Shown here: in pieces, positions 12,635 through 24,208 of the stretch
How positions within the stretch are numbered: the first letter of the stretch is position 1
How the letters are laid out: each line of letters opens with the position of its first letter
DNA from: the human T2T-CHM13v2.0 reference genome, Homo sapiens
Strand: one strand, 5' to 3'
DNA: 64,000 nucleotides
Assembly (NCBI RefSeq): GCF_009914755.1
Contig: NC_060936.1
The notes under the pieces: model-generated
What the model was told of the DNA's origin: nothing
Database searches by the model: none
What the model saw: only the letters and a program-made list of their open reading frames with translations
Program-made: the position numbers and the translations under genes

Positions 12635-13070
12635 CTCTGACTGCCCCTCTGCATCACTTTGTGAACTTCTCTGACCTCACTGTGACCAGCAGGCTGACCT
12701 CTATAAATGGCAACAGTGGGGCTCCCTGCCCTCTGGATTCTGTTGGATTTGGCTGATGAGAGTCAACAGGAGAAGCCTGAGGGTGGGAGGAGACAGAAGT
12801 TGGAGCCTGCTTGACTGACATTTGGCAGTGGAGGTTTTCCTTCAAATAAGATCTCCGATCCTGCCAGATAACTCCTCTCCCAGAATTACAACCCTCCCTG
12901 CATTCCAGCAACAAAGCCCCACACCTGTGCCCTGGGGCTTACAGTGGATAACAGCTTCCCTGCTGTTCCAGTTCATGGGGTACAGGTTCCCCACCCCTAC
13001 CTAGACCTCTATAAATAGCCTCTGCATTGAACTCTCTGCAGGGAGCCCTGTGGGTCTGCTCTTGGACTCA
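12635..13070 (+). mobile_element. LTR33-like ERVL solo LTR
   Basis: GGCTGACCTCTATAAATGGCA...GGCTCCCTGCCCTCTGGATTCTGTTGGATTTGGCTGATG...ATAAATAGCCTCTGCATTGAACTCTCT. Confidence 0.55.
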
Positions 13071-13149
13071 GGTTGTGCAGCCAAAGAGCAGGTCAGATGT
13101 GCAGGTGAGCATCAGAGCAGCCGGCCCTGGATGGTCCAGCCCCACCTCC

Positions 13150-13440
13150 TCTGTCTTCTAATGAGATTGTCTTAACTCTTTGTCATGGTAGATCAGCTTT
13201 CTCCATATGCCAGAAAACATGCAGTCTCTTCCTCCTCTTGGCTTCATGTCAGTTCCAGTTTGAAAAATCCCAGGAAGGCCAATCTGGGGTGAGGTGACCA
13301 CCCATAGACCAATCAGTGGTGGCTATGGGGGTGGAGTCATGTATGAGCACAGTATCTTCCTGGAACCAGACGGTTGGATGGGAGGAACATCTCCCAGGAG
13401 AAGAGAAGGTGCATTTCCACACACGGTGGGGGGTACTGGA
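13150..13440 (-). mobile_element. Old MLT1 (J/K-like) LTR remnant; its probable other end lies at about 12530-12610
   Basis: AAAAATCCCAGGAAGG...CCATAGACCAATCAGTGGTGGC, and AAATAAGAGAAATGCAACTCAG...CATTTACTGACTCA at 12540-12600. Confidence 0.4.
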
Positions 13441-14071
13441 ATGATGAGAAGTGAAGCCCCTATGTGGATTCCATTACCTGTGGCCACTGTGATATGTCAT
13501 CAAACCGACAGCACTTATCAAAATTTGAAAAACTGCCCATTCCGTTTTTAACCCAGGAGCCCAGATGCCCATAGCAGCAACAGCCCCAGTACTGAAAGGT
13601 GCCCTGAGCCCAGATCTAAGAGGTAGAGGGGACTTGTTTTAGGGCTTTCAGACCCCCAGGCACTGCAGGTAAACCCAGGACAGCCACCCCCTGAGAGGGT
13701 GACCCAGCCTTGGATCTGTCCTCAAAGATCAATAATCCCAAAGCCCTTCCCTTGTCCCCTGGGGCTCTGCACCCCACGCGCTGCTGGAGGACTCAGGCCA
13801 TCAGTCTGGATTTCCCACCCTGCATGCACAGCAGTCCCAGGCTCGGCTCCCATGAGGGACACGGGTCACTCACAGCGTCGGTAACTGAGAACTGAGACCG
13901 CCCACCCCACTCTGTGCCTTTGACATCCTCTGGCAATTTTAAAGAGGTTGGAAGCTGCAGTTTCTCTCCTCAGTTTGAATCTAGGGTGATTACTGGGTTG
14001 ACAGCACTCCTGAAATATCTGACTGAGAGGTACCTGGGGTTTGGCTTCTAAATCACTGCCATGGGGTTGGA

Positions 14072-14074
<3 letters not shown>

Positions 14075-14118
<44 letters not shown>
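14075..14118. repeat. (GT)22 microsatellite
   Basis: Perfect dinucleotide run. Confidence 0.98.
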
Positions 14119-14120
<2 letters not shown>

Positions 14121-15264
14121 GGGTCCTGTGGGAGCTACTTAAGGAGGCTGCTTTGCTGCTGATGGACAGACTCAGATGTCAGTGTCTGAAAAGCATGGAC
14201 TCACATTCTGAACGCTGAAGGGGGGACGCCTTGGTGCTGAGAGTCATGGTTGCATCCGGGACTGCGTCTGGGTCTTTTATCTGACAGGCAGATGGACCGT
14301 TGCTCCTGGAAATGGAAGGCAATGTGCAGGCCATTTCACAGGGAAAATATCTCATCAAAAACAAGAGATTGGTTCCCCGCAACGCCCCGTTTCAACTTCT
14401 GTGAGCACAGAAGTGGGGAGGACTCACATTTAGATGCCTGAGGCTGGCTCATGAGTAGAGAGAAAGTCTGGTTAATGACCAGGGCGAGCTGAGGAATATC
14501 AGAGGCCTGAGTCTGGCTGATGCTGGAAGCCTTGGGTACAGGTGACCCAGTCCAGGAGATAGCTGAGGCTGGGACCCTGCAGGGTGATTTTGGAGAAGCC
14601 ACTTGACCAACCTCGGGAGACGCAGCCCAATTACTGGTTGGAGACTCAGCCCTGTCGGTAGGAGGGATGAACCTGACTGACTAATGCCAGTGACACAGGC
14701 TGTGTAAAGTCTGGAGACCCAGAGGGTTGGGTCAGGAAAGACGCTCAGGTGAGGATCAGCCTAGAAGAGCACACAGAGCCAGGAGAAGGGCTGCAAATGT
14801 CCCTGGGATGTAGCCTCAGCCCGGGTCAGAGCAACGCTGGAGCTGCCGTTCTCAAGTGGGGGAACAGAAGCATGAACAGCTTCAGGAAGAGGGAACAGAA
14901 CAGTGGAGAACAGAGGAAGACCCAGAGGAAAACAGATGTAGCTGTTTTGCTGGATAATAAAAGGCCGATATGGCAAAGATAGAAAGCGAAGCTGGGGAGG
15001 ACGCAGCTGCCGTGTGTTGGGGGCAGGATGAGGGAGGACTTTCCTGTGAGGAGGGAGGATGAGGATCTCCAGGGCTTCTGCAGGAGCCAGAGTCTGGGGG
15101 TGGATTCCAGAGGAGATGTGCAGCCGGGCCTTGTTTCCTAGGCTAGAGCAATGGGCCTCAGACAATTTCGTGACATGGTCAGGGCGGCATCTTCCCAGCA
15201 CTGAGGCTGAGAGCAGAGACTTGAGGTGAGGCTGCCTGGACGTCCACCCAGCCCCAGATATTTC

Positions 15265-15430
15265 TTAGGAATAAGACCTGGGGCAGGAGACTTAAGCACC
15301 CTGTGCCTCTGTTTCCTCCTCTGCACAAAAGGGAGAATGACAGTGCCCGCCTCATGGAGCTGCCACAGGATCTCATTACTGAATAGATTCTGAGTGATTT
15401 AAGAGGCGGGCATGCAGCCAGACTCAGCCG
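15265..15430 (+). mobile_element. MIR
   Basis: ACTTAAGCACCCTGTGCCTCTGTTTCCTCCTCTGCACAAAAGGGAGAATGACAGTGCC. Confidence 0.65.
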
Positions 15431-17924
15431 TGCCAGGTGATGAGCCCAGGATGGGAGGCAACTGCCCTGAGTGGCAACCTGATGTGCTTGAGAATCACAG
15501 CCCATGCTTGTATCCCAGTCTTTCTGGGCCCCCTCATTGCTTGCACCTGGTATGGGCCGCTCTTCACCAGTCCCTGCCATGCTGTAATCTCTGCCCCGTG
15601 GACACTGTGATTTGTCTGCCTGCACTGGGGAGGCATGTGCGGATCCCTCACCCTTGGCTCCTGCAGCTCCGGGGACCAGAGCACAGAGGGCAGGCGCTGG
15701 CAATGGAAGGAGGCCCTGGAGCACCTGTCCCCAGCCTCCCAGAGTCCCATGCGGGCAGCGGCTGCCGCTTTCTGAAGGTGCCCTCAGCCACACTTGGGCC
15801 TCCTCCTGGGAAGGGAGGGTCCTGTGATGGACATGGGAGGTTCCTGTCCTGCCCCCTGAGGGCAGGGCCTGGACCATGGAGCGGGGGTGACTCTGCAGCC
15901 TCCATCCCTGACCGAGGAACCTGCAGGGAGAGAGATGGGCAGTCCTAGAAGAGACCTGGAGTCCTCTGAGCAGGGCACAGGCAGCTGTGCCACGCTGGGC
16001 TAGAGCACCAGAGCCAGGAAACCAACTGACCTGGGAGGGCAGGCTCCTCATGTGGCCGCCAGCTGGCCCCGAACCTTCCCGAATGCGCTGCTGTGGTCAC
16101 CTGCATTCCCTTCCTGAGGTCCGGGTCTGCAAACATGCGGGCCCTCGCAGAGCAGCTGCTGCAAGCGCCGGCATTCCTCATGGAGAGAAGGATTCCTTTG
16201 ATTTCACCCTTCCTGTCAAAGGGGCTCCAGTGTGAAGGAGGGTCTACGGGAAAGCCTGCGCCGTGTTGGGAAGCCCAGGGTCACATGGGTTACGTAACTT
16301 GGTGCTCTAACACTGGACCGCAGGGGACCCGTAAGACACTCCATGCCTTGTCACAGTGGCTGCAGAATCACCAGGTCACCCCAGGGCTCACTCCACCCCT
16401 GGAAGCCTGACTTCTGTGGCAGCAACCTGACATACGACCAGCCCATGCCCTGCAGATCCAAGGGGGAGGGGCCTTGTTTTGGTGCCTTCTAACACCCTAC
16501 TCACTGCAGAGAGCCAGGAAACCACCCCTGAGCTCTTCTGCCCTGGCTGGAGGTCCCTGAGCCCCTATCTGGGCCTCTATGGAGCCCCACACCCTGGATA
16601 GCTCAGGTGGTCCAGTGCAAAGCCCCTCCATCCCAGACCCCAGCAGCGCAGGCTCCGCCCCTTGGGGACCACAGAGCACCTCCGGGTTCACGTGAGACGA
16701 CTTGCTGCTGCCACTCCTCTGACATCTCCCAACCTTTCCAGAGGAAAGACCAGACTGGCTGGCTGCAATTTCCCCCTCCCTTCACATCAGAGAGTGATGT
16801 ATTAGGTGGGCGGCGCTGCTGAAACGTGCAATTAGAGACAGACCTGGGCGCTTAATTTCTGGATCATCGCCCGGATTTGGGCACAGGTGCCTGTGTGTGT
16901 CTGGGCCTCCTGGCTCCCTTTCAAGGGCTGCCTCCCGAGCACAGACTGGGGCGTCTGCCTGCAGACGCACCAACACAGGTTCAGAGAGCTGCAGAGAAAG
17001 CCTCAGCACTGGAAACATGGTCGTGCTCCCGCGCTGTATCTCGGAAATCATTCACCCTTCATCTGACACTCGGGTGGACAATTGTCTTCAGAAATGAAAG
17101 ACAAGTCAGTGGTTATTGTGCAGGAAAATTGTGCACCAAAAGAGAGAGAAAGATTGGTCCTCACACAGCTGGCGGTATTGTCTTCTGTGCATACAGATAT
17201 GGGGAGTGTTCATGTTTAACGTCTCAGTAAGACAAGAGTCAGATGGGCTGTGCGTTCCAATTCTCCTTTCAGATGGCAGTTTTCCTGTGTGGAGTCTGGG
17301 CCTTGTGTGCACATGGAGCAGCGGTACTGCCCATGCCTGCTGCCTGGAGCTCCACGGGCAGAGGGACAGGGCACCCTGCCTGCCCCAAGGCGAGCTTCCT
17401 GGGTGGTACTGGAGACCAGGGAAGGAAATAGCTGTTAGCGAGATTGCTGTGTTTGAATTCACATTGCAAAGGGAAGACAGTTGACACATGGATCTTATGA
17501 AATGCATTAAATGACTTGTCGTCATGACAAATAACAAGAGCGATAACTGCTAAAGAGAGTCCAATAGCACAAAAGCAACTTAAAAATATCATTAGGCATT
17601 CACGGCGGGCTCTTCTGGCTGAGGTAGCATAAATGTTTTAAGAAGCAGTTTCCACATCGTTCCCACGTGGAGCTGGCTGTTGTCTTTTTCTTTTTAAGTT
17701 TTAAATTTGTATTATCTAATTACTTCTAGGAAAACAAGCCTCATGAACTTAAAATTCTAGCTTGCTTGATATCTCCTCTTTTTCTTTCCCTATCCTTGTG
17801 GGTGATCACCCGACCCAGCTGAGATTTCTCTCTTGAGTTCTGCCTTGTTCATCTCTAATTACTTACGTTTATAAATGGGAAGGGACCTCAAGTCTTTGAG
17901 ACTCCTCCTGGGCACAACCTTGGG

Positions 17925-18380
17925 GCAGTAACTACAGCCCCCCAATGTGCTTTCCTCCTTTTTGTGCTGTGGCAATAGAGTCCCCAGGATTTAGCAGGAC
18001 ACATGAATTCCCGGAATAAAGACTACAATTCCCATGCTCCCTTGCGGCAAGGTGTGGTCACGTGACCATGTTCTGGCCAATGGGATGAGAGAGAAAATTG
18101 TGTGTAGCACCTCCAGGTCATGCCCCTAAAGCCTGCTCTCTTCTTCCTCTCCCGTTGCCCCTGAAGGGAAGTGGATTCCTGGAGCCATCTTGAATCACAG
18201 TAGGGTAAAGAGGCATCAAGGGCTGGTGGAGAAAAATTGAGACCTTGACACCCTGGGGTCACCACAGGACCCTGGACAGCTTATTCTTGGAGTGTCTATA
18301 ACAGGAGAATCCCCATTTTATTGAAGCCACTCTTATGTGGGTGTCCCTGTTCCCACAGCTGAACCCTCCTGACAGATGCA
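17925..18380 (+). mobile_element. MLT1I/J-like MaLR LTR
   Basis: GACTACAATTCCCATGCTCCCTTGC...GGTCACGTGACCATGTTCTGGCCAATGGGATG...GAAGCCACT...CACAGCTGAACC. Confidence 0.7.
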
Positions 18381-18453
18381 CCTGTTCCCACGCTGGAGCC
18401 GTGGACTCCCTTCCCCTTGTTCCTCAGCCCAGATTCCTGCATCCTCAGGGATG

Positions 18454-18767
18454 TGTTGCCAAGCACCAGGGGTTTGGTTAGGTCCAGTTACTCATCACAT
18501 AGAAAGCCAATCACTGAGACAAGTACTGCCAGAGAAGAAAGGCTTGAATGCAGACCAGTCCCAAATGAATCTCTCTAACCCACTAGTTAGGAGTAAGGAA
18601 GAGGAGTTGGCCAACAAACAGCAAGTCTCATTGGTTGGATGCAGTGATCTGGGAAAGTTCAGTTCCTTGATACTATCTGGAAGTCCTGACGGTTGGTTTC
18701 CTGAGACATGAACTCAGATAATAATCTTCTCAAGCTTTGTTTCTATGGGGAAATTGGGCCAGTTCCA
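18454..18767 (-). mobile_element. MER31-type ERV1 solo LTR (internally deleted)
   Basis: TGTTGCCAAGCACCAGGGGTTTGG...AGAAAGCCAATCACTGAGACAAG...CTATGGGGAAATTGGGCCAGTTCCA; imperfect 4-bp flanks GATG/GAAG. Confidence 0.7.
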
Positions 18768-18911
18768 GAAGCAGGTTTGTTTGGGCCTCAGTAGAGGGGG
18801 GAAGGTCCCAGGCATGGTGGTCCAAGGATGCTCTATGAAGCCTGGCTCTGCTGTCTGAAGTTCAAGTATATTCAACTCACAGAAATGCATCCTCCACCTC
18901 CTCTTTTCCAC

Positions 18912-19285
18912 TGGTGTGGTTAGGCTGTGTCCCCACCCAAATCTCATCTTGAATTGTAATCCCCACAATCCCCAGCTGTCATTGGAGGGACACAGTGGGA
19001 AGTGATTGGATCATGGGGGCAGTTTCCCTCATGCTGTCCTTGTGATAGTGAGTGAGTTCTCATGAGATTTGATGGTTTTATAAGTTTGCAAGTTCCGCCT
19101 TCATTCATTCTCTCACCTGCCACCTTGTGAAGAAGGTGCCTGCCTCCTCCTCACCTTCTGCCATGACTGTAAGTCTCCTGAGGCCTCCCCAGTCATACGG
19201 AACTGTGAGTCAATTAAACCTCTCTCCTTTGTAAATTACCCAGTCTCAGGCATTTCTTATAGCAGTATGAGAACAAACTAATACA
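18912..19285 (+). mobile_element. MaLR solo LTR (THE1D/MSTA-like)
   Basis: TGGTGTGGTTAGGCTGTGTCCCCACCCAAATCTCATCTTGAATTG...ACTAATACA; 5-bp TSD TCCAC/TCCGC. Confidence 0.92.
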
Positions 19286-19339
19286 TCCGCCTTCTCTCTT
19301 TCTTTTTTCCTTGCACAGTGAAAGTATCAGGTAATGACA

Positions 19340-19560
19340 CTGGCCATTTATAGAGCACACCCTTCACCAGGCACTGTGCTAACATGTGTGAATGATCTCA
19401 CTGATACTCATGGCAGGCCTATGGGTGAGGCCATGTTTGCCTCCCCATTCTACAGCTGTGGAAACTGAGGCTCAGGTCCTGAGTACCAGCACATAGCTGG
19501 CAAGTGGGCAGGGTGTGGACAGGGCAGTCCAGCTCCAGAGCCCTCTGACCTTACTGCACA
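19340..19560 (-). mobile_element. MIR
   Basis: CCAGGCACTGTGCTAA...CCCATTCTACAGCTGTGGAAACTGAGGCTCAG. Confidence 0.75.
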
Positions 19561-20149
19561 GGGAGATCCTGTCACTGCCTCTTGTCAAGCAGAAGAGCCT
19601 AGCCTCTGTTCAGGATTTGTTACTTTCATAATATGTCCCCACGGAACAAGCCATTGGTCCCCCCAAGTGGTGCTCTCAGCCAATACTTCAGGTGGCTTCT
19701 CCTGACTGCCCCATCTGTGCAGGGTGTAGGAGAAATAGATGTTCTCTGAGGGCATGGCCTGTGTGGCCAAGACTGTGAAGGCCCCACAGCCCTTTGGAAA
19801 TGTATGGGAGGTTGGCCACAGGGCCTTGACCAGCTTGGGCCTGCCATGGTCCTACTGGGCCAAGGTCCAAGAATGGTCATCAAGAGCCTGGAGGGTGTGG
19901 CTAGGGCTCGCCCTGGAGTGGACACGGCAGCCTGTAGGGGGTCTCTGTCTGCACCTCTCCATGGTGTAACCCAACAGCCTCTATGTCCACCCCAGGCTTG
20001 GACCTCACTTTGAGGCTGGGTGGGCAAGCCTCTCCCACATCACTGCCCACAGCCATGTCAGTATCTCCTAGGTAAGGAGCTCCCTGCATTCCCCTCTCAA
20101 ACTTGCTTCTGCAGAGAAGAGTTTGCTGAACAACTTCTGAGCTCAAGAC

Positions 20150-20705
20150 CCAGTGAGTTCTTCTGTTTCTGGCTTCTTTTACTTAGAATGATGCCCTCCA
20201 GGTTCATCCGTGTTATTGCGAATGGTAGGATTTCCCTGTTGGTTGGCTGGCTCGTGTTCCATTGTGTGTGTACCTTCACATTGTCCTCATCCATTCAGCT
20301 GTCGGTGGGAATTTAGGTTGTTCGCATATCTTTGCTGCTGTGACAGTGCTGCAACGAGGATTGCCGATATCTCTTCCAGATCCTAAGCTCAGTTCATCTG
20401 GATAACTGCCCAGAAGTGGGATGGCTGAATCATACAGCTGTGCTAGTTTTAATTTTTTGAGAAGCTTCCATATTGTTTTCCATAACAACTACATCATTTT
20501 ACATTCCTTTCTGGGGTATACGGTGGTTCCAACTTCTCCATCTCCTCACCAGCACTTACCTCTTGTATTTTTTATAATGGTCTCCCAACAGGTGTGGTTT
20601 GGATTTGCATTTCCCCCCTGATTCATGATGTTGAGCATCTTTTTCATACACCTGTTGGTCATTTGTATGTCTTCTTTGGAGAAATGTGTATTCAGGTCTT
20701 TTGCC
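20150..20705 (-). mobile_element. L1M (L1MA/MB) ORF2 end and 3'UTR, inverted segment
   Basis: CCAGGTTCATCCGTGTT...GATGTTGAGCATCTTTTCATACACCTGTTGGTCATTTGTATGTCTTCTTTGGAGAAATG; the minus-strand translation LWKTIWKLLKKLK..YDSAIPLLG matches the ORF2p C-terminus. Confidence 0.85.
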
Positions 20706-20964
20706 TTCGATTCCATTTGTAGGAGGCCTCTAAAATAGTCAAACTCATAGAAACACCGTAGAATGGGGGTGGCCTGGGACTGGGGAAGGGGATGTGGGGA
20801 GTTGCCATTCAGCTGGTATGAGTTTCAGTTCTCCAAGATGAGTAAGTTCTGGGGATCTGTTGTACAACACTGTGCCTATAGTTTACAATGCTGTAATGCA
20901 CACTTAAAAGTGTGACAAGAGGGTAGATCTCTAGTTAAGTGTTCTTACTACAATTAGAAAAGAA
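20706..20964 (+). mobile_element. L1MB-type 3' terminus, direct segment of the same insertion
   Basis: GATTCCATTTG...AAAATAGTCAAACTCATAGAA...AAGAGGGTAGATCTC..GTTAAGTGTTCTTACTACAATT followed by an A-rich tail. Confidence 0.8.
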
Positions 20965-21256
20965 GATATATTGGATTCCTATCCTCTGATAACATCCATC
21001 CGTGCATTCATTCTAATGCCTGTTCTGAGCAGGTACTATGTAGGAGGTGTTGGTCTTGGCACTGAGGCTACAGCCATGGACATGGGGCTACAGTGAGCTC
21101 CCGTGGGGTGGTCAGTGTCTGTGCACCTCTGGGCAGCCACATCCTGGGTAGGAGGTGGAGATTAGCAGCATCCAGCTGGGGCCCAGGCAGCTCCACCTGC
21201 TCTTTCTCTCCAGCCCCTGACACCCCACTCTGCTGCTCTTCCTTAGGGGGCAAAGA

Positions 21257-21676
21257 GTGGCTCATAACAGTGGGTATTTATTCTCTCACAGCTCTGAAGG
21301 CCAGAAGTGCAAAACCAAGGATTGTGCAGGGATGGTTCTTTCCGGGGGCTCTGAGGCACCCTCCATCTCACGTCTCTCTACAGCGTCTGGTGGCTGCTGG
21401 AAACCTTTGGCGTTCCTTGGCTTGTACATGCATCATTTCAATGTCAGCCTACATCTTCACATGGCTTTCTTGTGTCTTCAGGTTTCAAATATTCCTGTGA
21501 TTTTCTCTTGTAAGGACACTAGTCACTGAATTTACACCCTTAATCCAGGATGATCTCTTCTTGAGATCCTTAAATTACATCTACAAAGACCCTGTTTCCA
21601 AATAAGACTACGTTCACAGCTTCCAGTATTAGGACATAGACATATCTTTTTGGGGACCACGATTCAACCCACTACA
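21257..21676 (-). mobile_element. MLT1A/B-type MaLR LTR
   Basis: ATTTATTCTCTCACAGCTCTGAAGGCCAGAAG...TAAGGACACTAGTCA...ACAAAGACCCTGTTTCCAAATAAG...ATTCAACCCACTACA. Confidence 0.85.
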
Positions 21677-21858
21677 CCTTCCATCCAGACTTCTAGCCAG
21701 GAGTTAATGAGAACTTAGATTAGGCCACATGTATGGATCAACAGTGCAGAAATGTCTCCCCATCAGAGTGATCTAAAATTCTGACAATCACAAAATTTGT
21801 CCTGAAACTCCAGGCTCAAATTAAATTGTTAATGAGACATTTATTCATTTTCATTTGA

Positions 21859-22176
<318 letters not shown>

Positions 22177-24069
22177 TGAAAATCCCACATCAGATAAAAT
22201 AAGACACATGAAGATATCCAGCTGCTATCGATAGCTGTGACTTACATAAACCCAAAGTCAATAAACCCCTTTCAGTACTGAAGGTGTTAAGCATGTAGTT
22301 TAATTATCTCCAGGGTTAAGTCTTGGGATAGATGAGGGACAACTCCTTGGTCAACCCAGAAGTGAACTAACACCACTGCCCTCCACACCAGCCCTCTGCG
22401 CTCACCAGTTCACTATTAACATTGAGCTTTTTCTCTGATTATCACGTGCACGTTTAACAGGTGCTTGCTTGGCACAGCATGGGTGCTCAGTGAATGGTTC
22501 TTGGATGAGCGAGTTTATCCCGTCCAGGGGCTCTGCTCAAGCCTCAGGCAGCCAGATTCCCCATCCAGGCCCCATGGCTCACTGGCGCAGCGCTAACATG
22601 ACCCCAGTATCCAGGTGCTCTTGGGGTGGCTGACCAAAGCAGTCAGGACTTTTGGGATGACAAGCAATGGAAACCGAAGGGGAGGATGGAACATCTGGCT
22701 GGGAAAGGACAGCTCGGGGTCCACAAGCAGGAGCGGCTCACGGAGCCTGTTCGGGGTCTCCCTGGAGTGCATGGGCCCCACTGACTCACTCTGCCCACGC
22801 GGGTCTCACTTAGGACCCGAGTGAGGGGGGCTGCTTGGGTTAAGAGGGGCATTTTCACCTGGATTGAACAGTGTCTGCGAGGTCTCTTCCCAGCAGGAAA
22901 TGGGATGTTGTGGTTGAAGGAGGGAAATGGACATGAGTGACTGTCATGCAGCAGTTGTCCACTCACTGACGGTTCAGATCAATAGATTTGTGCAAAGTTA
23001 ATTACAACAAGACATGGCATGAATTCACAGGACATAAAGGCCAAAGCTTAATCACGGGTGGCACACGTGTTGTGTCCCTGAGGGCTACAGGACATTTCCT
23101 CCAGGGTAAGGGTGACCAGGGACCTGGTGGCAGCTGCTAAGTAAAGGAGGACGTATCCCCGCAGTGTGCAGACAAACCCTGCCCTTGGCCCTCCACGGTG
23201 GGCTGGAGTAACCTTTCCTGCCTTCGTTCTTTTTATTCAGATTAATTATCCTCCATGGAGCAGGAAATCCCACCGCCTTTCAACAGCCAGGAACAGCAGC
23301 TGCTAAACAGAATTCACTGCAGGACAGTCTGCTTCCCTCCCAGGCATTTGCACGGGGCCTTCCCAGTCAGAAGGCTGGGCAGGAGCTTGTGCAGAGAGAG
23401 CTGGAATTCTGGGAAAACACGTTCCATCACCATGGCTGATTCGGAGTAAAAGACACATTAACTAAGAAGCTCAGTCTGCAACCCCGTGTGCAAGAAAGTG
23501 ACTTTGAAATCGTCTTTCTATAATGGAAATGCACTTCCGTTTCTTTCTCCCATCTGCGTCCTTGGTGGAGAGGTCATCCCAGCCAGGTCAGGGTCTCCTG
23601 GAAAAGGTCAGTCTTTTCCCTGGTGTTCTAAGTTCTGCAAGGGTAAAGTGAGCATTTTTAAAATACATATGTTTGGCAAATTTGCAGACATATGAATGTG
23701 AGCTGGATCAGAAATCCCACCTCCTCCCCTTGCACCCAGGTGTGTGTGGAGCTGGCGGCAGCTGCAGCGAGGGCTGATTCCTCACCGGCTGGCTCTGTGC
23801 ATCCTCCCAGCCCTGGTCCCCAGCCCTCCCGAGGACAGTTCTGCACACTCCCTGAGACCCTTTACAGGAGCTCATGTTGACCTAATCAGCCAATGTCATC
23901 GTTTGTTCTTAAGGTAAGGGCTTTGACACATGCGTGGGGGCCGTATGATGCCGTGACATTGTCTGGGAGGGCACCTGGCCCAGGCATGGCTGTTCTTGTG
24001 GCCTCACTGGGACATCCTCACTCCTATGAGTCCCTCAGAGGAGTCTGGCCTGCTCAGGTCTCTGTGGCT

Positions 24070-24208
24070 TTCTCCTCTTCCCCTTACCCTCCTCTCCCAC
24101 GTCCTCCTCCTTCTCCCTCCTCCTTTTTCTCCTGCCTGTCCTCCCCCGCTTCTCCTTCTCCTCCTCCTCTCTATCTCCCTCCTCCCTCCTCCTCCACCTG
24201 TCCCCTCT
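24070..24208. repeat. Pyrimidine-rich (CCT/CT) low-complexity tract
   Basis: Directly visible. Confidence 0.8.

Noticed and set aside
15179-16051. 290 aa ORF and the many other 100-220 aa ORFs in GC-rich sequence
   Set aside because: No recognisable domain; most start at non-ATG codons, overlap on both strands or run into TEs, as expected by chance at this GC content.
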